This document shows positions 14,837 to 23,750 of a DNA stretch of 32,000 bases, one piece after another. Numbering within the stretch: the stretch's first letter is position 1; the number at the start of each line of letters is the position of its first letter. The position numbers and the translations under genes are program-made. Origin of the DNA: Bacteroidaceae bacterium (GTDB lineage Bacteria; Bacteroidota; Bacteroidia; Bacteroidales; Bacteroidaceae); the NCBI GenBank assembly GCA_017461345.1, contig JAFTYP010000007.1:106291-138290 (forward strand), read 5' to 3'. The notes under the pieces are model-generated. The model had not been told where the DNA came from. It did not search any database and saw nothing but the letters and a program-made list of their open reading frames with translations.

Positions 14837-15970
14837 TTATCCAATCATCTTTCCGTAACATCGTCTGCGCTTCAGTGTCTCCGGATTCAGAGGCTTCCAC
14901 TGACTGAGTTCCTTGACATTGTCTTCCAGTTGTGGACCAGTTTCTGCATATTTGTAACCTTTCTTATTATAGATTGGAATGAGATCGTTAAAGATCAAAG
15001 CATTTACTCCCAAGCCTTGCATATCCGGACGGACTGCGATAAGCATCATGTTTACTGTATCCTCGTGTTTTATCTTCAGTGCCTTTAACATGTGCCACCA
15101 GCCAGTGGGGAAGAGTTTGCCTTTCGACTTTTGCAGCGCCCTGGACATACTTGCCATTGTGACGGCTGCTGCAACCAGTTCTCCTTTTTCGTTTTCTACC
15201 AAAGGAATCAAATCCATGTCTGCAACAGGAAGATACATCTTCAGGAAGTAATCTACTTGATTGGGGGTGAAAGAACTATATCCAAACAGAGGAGCATAAG
15301 CCTGATTCATTAACTCGAAAACTCTACGTCCTTCGCCATTGAAAGCCTCCTGCAATGTTACTTTTCGGACTTTCAGGCCATACATCTCGCTGCTCAATTT
15401 GGCTACACGCGCATATCTTAAAGGAATCTCGCTTGGAATCTCTACTCTTATTTGAAGCCAATCTACAATCTTGGAATACCCATGGGATTCCATGTGTTTG
15501 GGATAATAGGGATAGTTGTAGATGTCTATCATGGACCCCAAGCGGTCAAAATCCTCAACGAGCATGCCTTCTTTGTCGAAATCAGTGATACCCAACGGTC
15601 CTTGTATCTCTGTCATGCCTCGCTCTTTGCCCCACTTTGCTACTGTATCGAGCAGAGCCTTGCTCACATCAAGGTCATCGATAAAATCTATGTAACCAAA
15701 GCGAACAATGGAAGTGTTCCACTTCTTGTTTGCTCTTGAATTTATAATACCGGCTATTCGACCTACAACCTCACCATCCTTTTCTGCGATGAAAGCCTGA
15801 ACTTCGGTGAATTTCAGGCCATGATTCTTTTCGGGATTAAAACTGTCACGAACATCATTTGCCATCTCTGGAACATACTGTTCATTACCGTTATACAAAT
15901 TAAGAGGGAAATTGATAAACTTTTTCAACTCTTTCTTTGTAGACACTTTTTTTATACAGACATTTTCCAT
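14837..15970 (-). CDS. Two-lobed GNAT-fold acyltransferase-like protein
   Basis: 377 aa. GNAT motif A-like VRPDMQGLGVNALI near the C-terminus. N-terminal lobe with EKDGEVVGRIAGIINSRANKKWN and RFGYIDFIDD. The acceptor and donor substrates cannot be read from the sequence. Confidence 0.6.
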   Translation of the reverse strand: MENVCIKKVSTKKELKKFINFPLNLYNGNEQYVPEMANDVRDSFNPEKNHGLKFTEVQAFIAEKDGEVVGRIAGIINSRANKKWNTSIVRFGYIDFIDDLDVSKALLDTVAKWGKERGMTEIQGPLGITDFDKEGMLVEDFDRLGSMIDIYNYPYYPKHMESHGYSKIVDWLQIRVEIPSEIPLRYARVAKLSSEMYGLKVRKVTLQEAFNGEGRRVFELMNQAYAPLFGYSSFTPNQVDYFLKMYLPVADMDLIPLVENEKGELVAAAVTMASMSRALQKSKGKLFPTGWWHMLKALKIKHEDTVNMMLIAVRPDMQGLGVNALIFNDLIPIYNKKGYKYAETGPQLEDNVKELSQWKPLNPETLKRRRCYGKMIG

Positions 15971-16018
15971 CAGATTTTATATTTCTTGCACGAGATACAA
16001 ATTCTGTATATATGCGGA

Positions 16019-16026
16019 CAAAATTA
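16019..16026 (-). promoter_or_regulatory. Candidate -7 promoter element (TAATTTTG) of the lipid operon
   Basis: Minus strand reads TAATTTTG, 49 nt upstream of the ATG at 15970, in an AT-rich ~400-bp intergenic region. Confidence 0.45.
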
Positions 16027-16189
16027 CAAAATTTCGGATATGTTTGAATGTGATTTTAATTACGAATACAAAGATACGAAAAGGTAGCCGAATTCGGAGT
16101 AAATTACTAACAAAATAACCTGTTGCGAGAGATATCGAATAATATAAACGACAAGTTGAACAAGCCCATTCGTCTACTTGCCTCAACGG

Positions 16190-16217
16190 ACGCGTCCATT
16201 TGATAAAATGGACGCGT
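16190..16217. repeat. GGACGCGT-palindrome hairpin, related to 9590-9617
   Basis: Perfect 12-bp arms acgcgtccattt (16190-16201) / aaatggacgcgt (16206-16217), loop gata. Shares aaaatggacgcgt and ggacgcgtggtgt with the 9583-9622 region. Confidence 0.75.
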
Positions 16218-16373
16218 GGTGTGTACTTTCCTGATTTTGGTTGTCAGTTTAGAGGTTTATTCCGACAAGGGGCTTATATGTGTCAGTCTTTATTCCTATA
16301 CTCGGTTGACAGATTAAATTATTCTGTTGGAATTGACAAAGCGTAGTGTCTGTTTTATTTGTTAAACAGTCGC

Positions 16374-17378
16374 TTAGGGTGTGTTTGTATGCAGAATATT
16401 GGTAATTGTCTGCTGTTCTTCTTCGCTGAATTTTGGACTTTGGAGGGCGGAAAGATTCTGGCGGAGTTGGGCGGGCGAACTTGCTCCGACGAGGACACTG
16501 GTGATGCCGGGGTGGTGCAGAATCCAACTTAATGCCATCGTTGAAAGGGTTTCGCCTCGCATGACAGCCAGTTCGTTCAACTGCTTTATTTTGTTGAGCA
16601 CCTGCGGTGTGAGCATGTCGGCATGGAGGTAGCGTGGGTCGTGCGCCATACGGCTGTCGGACGGGATGCCGTTGAGGTAGCGATTGGTGAGCAGGCCTTG
16701 TGCCAGAGGCGAGAAACTGATGAAGCCTGTCTGGTTCTGGGCTATGGCGTCCAGTATGCCTTCTGCTTTGGGCGTCTGGTCGAAGAGGTTGAACCGACCC
16801 TGGTATATGAGGCAGGGGACGTCGTGCTGCCTTAGGTAGTCGTAACCTTTTAGCGTAGCATCCAACGGCCAACGCGACAGACCGACGTAGAGTGCCTTGC
16901 CTGCCCGCACAATGTCCACCAATGCCTGCAGTGTTTCCTCCAGCGGAGTAAAGGGATCGTAACGATGACAATAGAAGAGGTCCACGTAGTCGAGGCGTAA
17001 ACGGCGCAGACTTTGGTCCAGACTTGCCACCAAATGTTTGCGCGAAGCCCACGAGCCATAAGGGCCATCCCACATGTCGTAGGCGGCTTTTGTGGCAATG
17101 AACAATTCGTCGCGATAAGAGGAGAGGTCGTCGTGAAGGAACTTTCCCAGCCGTTGCTCTGCTGCACCGGGCTCCGGACCGTAGTTGTTAGCCAGGTCGA
17201 AGTGTGTGATTCCTGCATCGAAGGCTGCTCGCACGATGGCTCGACTCTGCTCCTCGGGCGTGATATTACCGAAGTTGTGCCAGAAACCCAACGAGATTGC
17301 CGGCAGCAATACACCCGAGTTGCCGCAACGGCGGTACTGCATATCTCCGTATCGGTTTGCGTCGGCAGAATACATCAT
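16374..17378 (-). CDS. Aldo/keto reductase (YghZ/Gpr-like)
   Basis: 334 aa. N-terminus RYGDMQYRRCGNSGVLLPAISLGFWHNFG closely parallels the E. coli YghZ-type AKR. DLANNYG and a conserved AKR core are present. Confidence 0.85.
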   Translation of the reverse strand: MMYSADANRYGDMQYRRCGNSGVLLPAISLGFWHNFGNITPEEQSRAIVRAAFDAGITHFDLANNYGPEPGAAEQRLGKFLHDDLSSYRDELFIATKAAYDMWDGPYGSWASRKHLVASLDQSLRRLRLDYVDLFYCHRYDPFTPLEETLQALVDIVRAGKALYVGLSRWPLDATLKGYDYLRQHDVPCLIYQGRFNLFDQTPKAEGILDAIAQNQTGFISFSPLAQGLLTNRYLNGIPSDSRMAHDPRYLHADMLTPQVLNKIKQLNELAVMRGETLSTMALSWILHHPGITSVLVGASSPAQLRQNLSALQSPKFSEEEQQTITNILHTNTP

Positions 17379-17401
17379 TCGTTGTCAATTTGTTGATGTC
17401 C

Positions 17402-18586
17402 TTATTTGTTTATGGGTTTTAGAACGCACATGGCTTCCATGAGCATGCAGCCGGTGAGGTGAGGCGTCAGCCCGACGGGCTGATCGTCGGCAGGTGCTTG
17501 GCGCCAACGACCTGCATAGAGCATGGTTCTTGGGTTTACACCTTTTTCTGCCATTGTGGTTGCAAGAGAAGTAAGATAGTCATGGAACTTCTTTCGCGTG
17601 TCGATGTCCAATGTCTCTTCGTTGATGAGTTTTACAAAATAGCGGAAGAAAATGCCATGAAACAAACCGCCGTCGCCCGATGTTGCATCAGACAGGACAC
17701 CGTTTCGCGTCATTCGGTCTGTCACATAAGTTGCTGCTAATGTTGCATCTTGCAGATATTGTTTGTCGCCGGTGAGCAGATAGAGTTCGTGGGCAGCGCC
17801 GAGGAAGGTGCCGATGTTGTAGGTGAAAATCCATCTCTTCTGAATTCTGCCTTCCTTGTTAATGTTGTCATATACGGCTCCCGTTTCACGGTCGAAGAGG
17901 ACATTCTTTTCCCATGTGTAGATTTTGATTGCCTGATTCAGATATGCGTCGCGGCTCTTGCCGCCAGTGAACTTTGCATCATTGTAGAAACGGCACAATC
18001 GTGCAGCAATGAGGGCAGCAGGACCATTGGAACAAGCATTTTTCGATTTGCTGACATCTGTCTTCCATGTGATGCCACCATACCAGGGGAATTCGTCCTC
18101 CGGACCCCATGTGGGCCAAATCCAGTCGTCGTACATCTGACGTGCCTTGTTGATGTACTGCTTTTCTCCTGTGGCTTCCCACATGCGAATCTGTGCAAGC
18201 ACCATCCACTCCATGTCGTCCACAAAGTCGTTCCACCATGGGTCTTTAGGATTCTTCTTGCCGGCAAAATTGTATTTTGGTGCGCCTTCCCACCAGAGCG
18301 GAAAGATGTCTTTGTATGTTTTCTTGCCGGAACGCATATAAGCATCCACCATAACATCCATTGCGTGTGCCTGTGGCCAGTAATGTTCTGTTGTCATGTT
18401 GGAGAGGTTGCTGCCATAGTTGAAGTAATAACGACCGGAGTATCCTTCAAAATTGGCTCCCCAAAAGTTGTTGATTAAAGCAGTCGACATACCGTCTGCC
18501 ATTTTGTTCCAATACGCTTTGTCCTTTTTAGCCAGACAACCAAACGAGGTGGCAATCACAAGAATTAAGGTTAAAATAAATCTCAT
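17402..18586 (-). CDS. GH76-like glycoside hydrolase (putative alpha-1,6-mannanase) lipoprotein
   Basis: Lipoprotein signal (ATSFGC). Motifs HYWPQAHAMDVMVDAY, DDMEWMVLA, NGPAALIAARL, FTYNIGTFLGAA and GGLFHGIFFRY resemble GH76. Its stop lies 23 nt before the AKR start. Confidence 0.6.
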   Translation of the reverse strand: MRFILTLILVIATSFGCLAKKDKAYWNKMADGMSTALINNFWGANFEGYSGRYYFNYGSNLSNMTTEHYWPQAHAMDVMVDAYMRSGKKTYKDIFPLWWEGAPKYNFAGKKNPKDPWWNDFVDDMEWMVLAQIRMWEATGEKQYINKARQMYDDWIWPTWGPEDEFPWYGGITWKTDVSKSKNACSNGPAALIAARLCRFYNDAKFTGGKSRDAYLNQAIKIYTWEKNVLFDRETGAVYDNINKEGRIQKRWIFTYNIGTFLGAAHELYLLTGDKQYLQDATLAATYVTDRMTRNGVLSDATSGDGGLFHGIFFRYFVKLINEETLDIDTRKKFHDYLTSLATTMAEKGVNPRTMLYAGRWRQAPADDQPVGLTPHLTGCMLMEAMCVLKPINK

Positions 18587-18628
18587 ATTTGCTTGTTTTG
18601 CTTAATAATATTTCATTCAATCAGGTTG

Positions 18629-18636
18629 CAAAGTTA
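18629..18636 (-). promoter_or_regulatory. Candidate -7 promoter element (TAACTTTG) for GH76-AKR
   Basis: Minus strand reads TAACTTTG, 43 nt upstream of the ATG at 18586. Confidence 0.45.
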
Positions 18637-18755
18637 TAAAAAGTTGCTGAATAATAGTGTGATATTTATACATTATTAAATAATTATATGATTATTTTAT
18701 TTGCTTGACATTGTTTAGTCCTTGTGTATTTGATATCGCATTGATTGGACGAGAT

Positions 18756-18788
18756 CAAAAAGCAGAGGCACAATGACGTGCCTCTGCT
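18756..18788 (-). terminator. Rho-independent terminator downstream of nifJ
   Basis: Perfect 11-bp stem agcagaggcac (18761-18771) / gtgcctctgct (18778-18788), loop aatgac. On the minus strand it is followed by TTTTTGAT. Confidence 0.8.
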
Positions 18789-18840
18789 TTCGGTAGTAGT
18801 CGGATTGCTCCGATTATTTCATTTGCTCAGTATGTTCTTA

Positions 18841-21800
18841 TTAAATGCTCCAGTCTTCCTGTGTCTTGCGAACATAGGTCTTGTAGCGGCGCTGTGCTGC
18901 TTCCTTACAAGCATCGTAGAGTTGTTGTGCCTCTTCGGGTGCTGCTTTCTTGAGAGAGAGGAAACGCACCTCGCCCTCGAGGAAGTCCTGGAACTTGTCC
19001 CAATCGGGCTCCTTGCTGTCGAGTTGGAAGGGAGTCTTTCCTTCTTCTGCCAAAGCAGGATTGTAACGCCACAAGTGCCAGTAGCCACATTCTACAGCCT
19101 TTGCCTCTTCAGCCTGGCTCTGACCCATGCCGCCCTTAGCCTTCCAGCCGTGGTTGATACAGGGAGCATAAGCAATGACGAGTGAAGGACCATTCCATGC
19201 TTCTGCCTCGCGGAAGGCCTTGAGACACTGGCTCTGGTCGGCACCCATAGCAACTTGTGCCACATAGACGTTGCCGTATGTTGCTTGCATCAGGCCAAGA
19301 TCCTTCTTGCCTACACGCTTACCGTTTGCTGCGAACTGAGCAATGGCACCGATAGGTGTTGCCTTCGACGCCTGACCGCCGGTGTTGGAGTAAACCTCGG
19401 TGTCGATAACGAAGATGTTCACGTCTTCGCCACTGCCGATTACATGGTCGAGACCACCGTAACCGATGTCGTATGATGCACCGTCGCCACCGATAATCCA
19501 CTGCGAGCGTTTTACCAAATAGTGGTCAAGTTCCTTGAGTTGAACACATGTGGGGCAGCCTGCCTCTGCACCTGCTGCAATGAGAGGCTTCAGAGCAGCG
19601 GCTGCAACCTTCGAAGCATCAGCATCTGCCTGGCTTTCAATCCACTGCTGTGCTGCAGCCTTAAACTCGGCATTGACATTCTCGTCTGCAATAAGTTCCT
19701 GAAGCAACTGGGTGATGCGCAGTTTCATCTTCTTGTTGGCCAATACCATGCCAAGACCGAATTCGCAGAAGTCCTCGAAGAGACTGTTTGCCCATGCCGG
19801 ACCCTGTCCCTTGGCATTCTTGGTGTATGGTGTAGAAGGAATAGAGCCCGAATAGATAGAAGAACAACCTGTGGCATTGGAAACCATCTGACGATCGCCG
19901 AAGAGTTGGCTGATGAGTTTCACGTAAGGTGTCTCACCACAACCGGAGCAAGCACCGCTGAACTCGAAGAGTGGTTGTGCAAACTGGCTGTTCTTGGGGC
20001 TCTGTTTGATGTCAACAAGGTCTTGCTTGGAAGTAACATTCTTGACGCAGTATTCCCAGTTCTTTGCTTCCTGTATTGCTTCTGCACTTGAATCGTCGTA
20101 AGATATCATCTTCAGCGCAGGACCGCCCAGTTTCGGGTTGCCTGGACAAACGTCGGAACAGTTGCCACAACCGAGACAGTCTTTCACGCCCACCTGAATA
20201 ACGAAGTGCATACCCTTCATGGCTGCCGGAGCCTTCATCTCGATGCTCTTGCCTTCGAAGCCCTTCACTTCCTCTTCGTTCATGACGATAGGACGAATGC
20301 TTGCATGAGGACAAACAAATGCACACTTGTTACACTGGATACAGTTATCGGGATTCCATACGGGGACGAAGCCTGCTACGCCACGTTTCTCGTAAGCCGA
20401 TGTACCTTGTTCCCATGTGCCGTCTTCGTAACCCTTAAAGGCACTGACGGGAAGGTCGGCACCATTCTGGGCATTGATGGGACGAACAAGTTTGGTGATA
20501 TATTCGGGTTCGTCGTAAACAGGAGCATCGTCGGCAGGAAGGTTGGCCCATGCTGGGTCAACGGCCAATACCTTATACTCACCACCACGGTCAACAGCAG
20601 CGTAGTTCATGTTCACAACGTCTTCACCCTTCTTGCCGTAAGACTTAACAATGGCTTTCTTCATCTGCTCAATTGCAAGGTCTACGGGGATAACTTCAGT
20701 AATACGGAAGAAGGCACTCTGCAGGATGGTGTTTGTTCTGTTGCCGAGACCAATCTCCTGTGCAATCTTGGTTGCGTTGATGTAATATACTGTGATATTC
20801 TTCTCTGCAAAGTACTTCTTAAGATTGTTTGGAATGAACTTTACAAGTTCTTCGCCTTCGAAGATGGTGTTCAAGAGGAACTGACCATTTGGACGCAGAC
20901 CACGAATAACATCATACATTCGCATGTAAGCCTGAACATGGCATGCAACGAAGTTAGGAGTCTTAATCTGGTATGTGCTGCGAATGGGTGTATCGCCAAA
21001 ACGCAGGTGTGAGCAGGTGAAGCCACCGCTCTTCTTTGAGTCGTAACTGAAGTATGCCTGACAATACTTGTTTGTGTTGTCGCCAATAATCTTGACACTA
21101 TTCTTGTTGGCACCTACAGTGCCATCAGCACCAAGACCGAAGAACTTGGCTTCGAAGATACCTTCGCCACCCAATGCCATCTCTTCCTTGATGGGCAAAG
21201 AAGTGAAGGTGAGGTCATCGACGATACCTACAGTGAAATGATTCTTGGGTTTAGGCAACTCAAGATTCTCATAGACGCTGAGCATCATGGTGGGTGTTAC
21301 GTCGGCAGAGCCAAGACCATAACGGCCGCCTACGATGACAGGAGCATTCGGCTGACCATAGAAAGCATCGCGAACATCAAGGTACAATGGCTCGCCATTT
21401 GAACCGGGTTCTTTCGTGCGGTCAAGCACAGCAATGCGTTTGCAGGTCTGTGGAACTGCAGCCAGCAGGTGCTTTACGCTGAAAGGACGATACAAATGAA
21501 CGCTTACCATGCCATACTTCTTGCCGTTGGCGTTTGCGTAGTCGATAGCCTCGCGTGCTGCTTCGGTTGCAGAACCCATCAGGATGATAACTTGTTCTGC
21601 ATCTTCTGCGCCATAATAACTGAAGAGTTCGTATTTGCGACCGGTACGTTCGCTGATGGCTGCCATATATTTCTCTACAATAGCAGGAACTGCGTCATAG
21701 AAGCGATTGCAACTTTCACGATGAGCAAAGAAAGTCTCGGGGTTTTCGGCCATACCCTTTGCCTGAGGATGTTCGGGTGAAAGGGCACGAGAACGGAACT

Positions 21801-22410
21801 CGCTGACTGCTTTCTGGTCAACAAGGTCGCGAACATCGTCTTCCTCCAAAAGTTCTACCTTCTGGTATTCGTGAGAGGTGCGGAAACCATCGAAGAAGTT
21901 GATGAAAGGTACGCGTGCTTCCAGTGATGCAAGATGAGCAACGGCACTAAGGTCCATCACTTCCTGAACACTGCCTTCTGCCAACATGGCAAAACCTGTC
22001 TGACGACAAGCCATTACGTCGCTGTGGTCGCCAAAGATACAAAGAGAGTGAGAAGCAATAGTACGTGCAGAAACATGAAAGACGCTGGGCAGCAATTCGC
22101 CTGCAATCTTATACATGTTGGGTATCATTAGGAGCAAACCTTGGCTGGCAGTAAAGGTGCTTGTAAGCGCACCTGCTTGTAGCGAACCGTGTACTGCACC
22201 AGCAGCACCGCCTTCGCTTTGCATTTCTTGAACCATTACAGTGTCGCCGAAGAGGTTCTTACGTCCCTGAGCGGCCCACTCGTCAACATGCTCCGCCATT
22301 GGAGATGAAGGAGTGATAGGGTAGATGGCAGCAACTTCGCTGAACATGTAGGCTACATGTCCGGCACAGGTGTTTCCATCCCATGTTACGAATTTCTTTT
22401 GTTTTGCCAT
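18841..22410 (-). CDS. nifJ: Pyruvate:ferredoxin (flavodoxin) oxidoreductase
   Basis: 1189 aa single-polypeptide PFOR. N-terminus WDGNTCAGHVAYMFSEVAAIYPITPSS. Two 4Fe-4S ferredoxin motifs (CIQCNKCAFVCPH, CLGCGNCSDVCP). C-terminal ThDP-binding GDGASYDIG. Confidence 0.95.
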   Translation of the reverse strand: MAKQKKFVTWDGNTCAGHVAYMFSEVAAIYPITPSSPMAEHVDEWAAQGRKNLFGDTVMVQEMQSEGGAAGAVHGSLQAGALTSTFTASQGLLLMIPNMYKIAGELLPSVFHVSARTIASHSLCIFGDHSDVMACRQTGFAMLAEGSVQEVMDLSAVAHLASLEARVPFINFFDGFRTSHEYQKVELLEEDDVRDLVDQKAVSEFRSRALSPEHPQAKGMAENPETFFAHRESCNRFYDAVPAIVEKYMAAISERTGRKYELFSYYGAEDAEQVIILMGSATEAAREAIDYANANGKKYGMVSVHLYRPFSVKHLLAAVPQTCKRIAVLDRTKEPGSNGEPLYLDVRDAFYGQPNAPVIVGGRYGLGSADVTPTMMLSVYENLELPKPKNHFTVGIVDDLTFTSLPIKEEMALGGEGIFEAKFFGLGADGTVGANKNSVKIIGDNTNKYCQAYFSYDSKKSGGFTCSHLRFGDTPIRSTYQIKTPNFVACHVQAYMRMYDVIRGLRPNGQFLLNTIFEGEELVKFIPNNLKKYFAEKNITVYYINATKIAQEIGLGNRTNTILQSAFFRITEVIPVDLAIEQMKKAIVKSYGKKGEDVVNMNYAAVDRGGEYKVLAVDPAWANLPADDAPVYDEPEYITKLVRPINAQNGADLPVSAFKGYEDGTWEQGTSAYEKRGVAGFVPVWNPDNCIQCNKCAFVCPHASIRPIVMNEEEVKGFEGKSIEMKAPAAMKGMHFVIQVGVKDCLGCGNCSDVCPGNPKLGGPALKMISYDDSSAEAIQEAKNWEYCVKNVTSKQDLVDIKQSPKNSQFAQPLFEFSGACSGCGETPYVKLISQLFGDRQMVSNATGCSSIYSGSIPSTPYTKNAKGQGPAWANSLFEDFCEFGLGMVLANKKMKLRITQLLQELIADENVNAEFKAAAQQWIESQADADASKVAAAALKPLIAAGAEAGCPTCVQLKELDHYLVKRSQWIIGGDGASYDIGYGGLDHVIGSGEDVNIFVIDTEVYSNTGGQASKATPIGAIAQFAANGKRVGKKDLGLMQATYGNVYVAQVAMGADQSQCLKAFREAEAWNGPSLVIAYAPCINHGWKAKGGMGQSQAEEAKAVECGYWHLWRYNPALAEEGKTPFQLDSKEPDWDKFQDFLEGEVRFLSLKKAAPEEAQQLYDACKEAAQRRYKTYVRKTQEDWSI

Positions 22411-22481
22411 AACTTTATTAAAATAAATCTATTATTCGTTTTACTTATTATATTCTGTTTGTGAATTTCTTCAATGAGGGA

Positions 22482-23663
22482 TTAGTATAAGAAACCGTAC
22501 ATCCAGAGTGGTATTTCCTGTTCGAATCCTTGCTTAACGCCTGCTAATGCATAGAGAACATCGGTGTTCTTGCGTTTGGGCTGTTCGAGACAGATGCGGA
22601 ATTTCTGTGTTTTGTCGACGATGAAGGTGCAACTGCGGTCGCCTTTCTCGACCTTGTGTCGTCCCCAAAGTGCATTTTGGAAGAATGTCTCCATAATCAT
22701 TTGCTCGTCGTTATAGTCAGGCATCATTGCATAAATGAGATTTGTATTGTGCATTAGGATGCTTGCCGGCTTTTTGGGGAAATCTTCTCCCGGACGATAA
22801 AGCATGTTGAGCAAACGTGCATCGGTAAGATATTTGATGTAATTTACCACTGTGGCACGACTTGTTTGCAAGTCCTGTGCCAGTTGGCTGACGTTAGGGG
22901 CTCCGTAATCTCCTGTGGCGAGAAGATAAAGGAGTTTCTTGATTTTGCTGAGATACTTGAGGTCAATCTGCTTGATGAGAAGGATGTCGACCTCAATCAT
23001 CATATTGATGACTTTGAGCAGGTTCTCAATGAAACTTGATTTCTCCATGAAGAAGGGGTAATACCCATGATGGAGATAGTCGTTGAAGTAGTCGAGCGGA
23101 TTGACTTGTGACAATACTTCTTCTGCAATACGCTCGTGGCGGTTCTGTATTTCCCGTATGGTATATGTTCGGAAGTTTGTTCCTGCTCGGAGATTCAGGT
23201 ATTCGCGGAATGAGAAACCACGCAGGTTGTAACTGGCTGCGATTCCGTTGAGTTCCTGGTTCTCTTCTTTAAGACGCATTACACTTGAGCCAGTGAAGAT
23301 GACCTTGAGGCGTGAACAGCGGTCGTGAATGAGGCGCAGTTCGTGGCTCCATTCTGGATATTTGAAGACTTGGTCTATGAGCAGAACTTGTCCTCCTGCC
23401 TGCATGAATTCTTGTGCAAATTGAAAAAGTGTTTTGCCCTGGAAGTAGAAGTTGTTCATGTTGATGTATAAACATCTTTTGTCTCTAGGGCCGAAGTTTT
23501 CTTTTGCATACTGGAGCAGGAAAGTTGTTCTGCCTACGCCACGGCTTCCTTTGATGCCGATGAGTCGTTTGTGCCAATCAATTTCGTCCATCAATGCTCT
23601 TCTGATGGGGGCTTGTGTGCGCTCCACCAGGTATTGATGCATCCTATAAAAAGAATCGAACAT
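22482..23663 (-). CDS. AAA-family ATPase (AAA_14 / DUF4143-type)
   Basis: P-loop-like GSRGVGRTT, followed by a DUF4143-like C-terminal region with a wHTH-like segment. The ATG at 23663 is preferred because a TATCTTTG promoter motif (23692-23699) lies inside the longer track ORF. Confidence 0.7.
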   Translation of the reverse strand: MFDSFYRMHQYLVERTQAPIRRALMDEIDWHKRLIGIKGSRGVGRTTFLLQYAKENFGPRDKRCLYINMNNFYFQGKTLFQFAQEFMQAGGQVLLIDQVFKYPEWSHELRLIHDRCSRLKVIFTGSSVMRLKEENQELNGIAASYNLRGFSFREYLNLRAGTNFRTYTIREIQNRHERIAEEVLSQVNPLDYFNDYLHHGYYPFFMEKSSFIENLLKVINMMIEVDILLIKQIDLKYLSKIKKLLYLLATGDYGAPNVSQLAQDLQTSRATVVNYIKYLTDARLLNMLYRPGEDFPKKPASILMHNTNLIYAMMPDYNDEQMIMETFFQNALWGRHKVEKGDRSCTFIVDKTQKFRICLEQPKRKNTDVLYALAGVKQGFEQEIPLWMYGFLY

Positions 23664-23691
23664 AAAGATAAAGAAAAATATATTTGCGTTG

Positions 23692-23699
23692 CAAAGATA
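23692..23699 (-). promoter_or_regulatory. Candidate -7 promoter element (TATCTTTG) of the ATPase gene
   Basis: Minus strand reads TATCTTTG, 29 nt upstream of the ATG at 23663. Confidence 0.45.
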
Positions 23700-23750
23700 C
23701 ACTTTTCTTGTCAAAATGCAAAGTCTAAATAGCAAAAAGTGTGTTTTTGC

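Noticed and set aside
16226-16373. Short repeats (gtcagt...tttattcc twice; ttgacag / ttgacaa) and a 6-bp stem (ctgttt...aaacag) downstream of the AKR gene. These were considered as a possible sRNA or terminator.
   Set aside because: The stems are short, there is no convincing T-run, and no promoter motif was found. The evidence is too weak to call a feature from sequence alone.
16249-17073. 274-aa Arg/Pro/Gly-rich ORF on the minus strand overlapping the aldo/keto reductase gene. The overlapping ORF 16850..17314 is similar.
   Set aside because: It is an out-of-frame overlap with a confidently identified AKR gene and has low-complexity composition typical of off-frame translation of GC-rich coding sequence.
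23664-23735. Longer N-termini for the AAA ATPase (23735) and the OmpA-family protein (25286), and TTG-initiated versions of the CrtI-like (12364), FabZ-like (12892) and ACP (13530) genes.
   Set aside because: For the ATPase and OmpA-family genes, the extensions contain or lie upstream of the TAnnTTTG promoter motifs. For the three lipid-operon genes, the track start is TTG with an ATG 3-42 nt downstream that gives a family-typical N-terminus.
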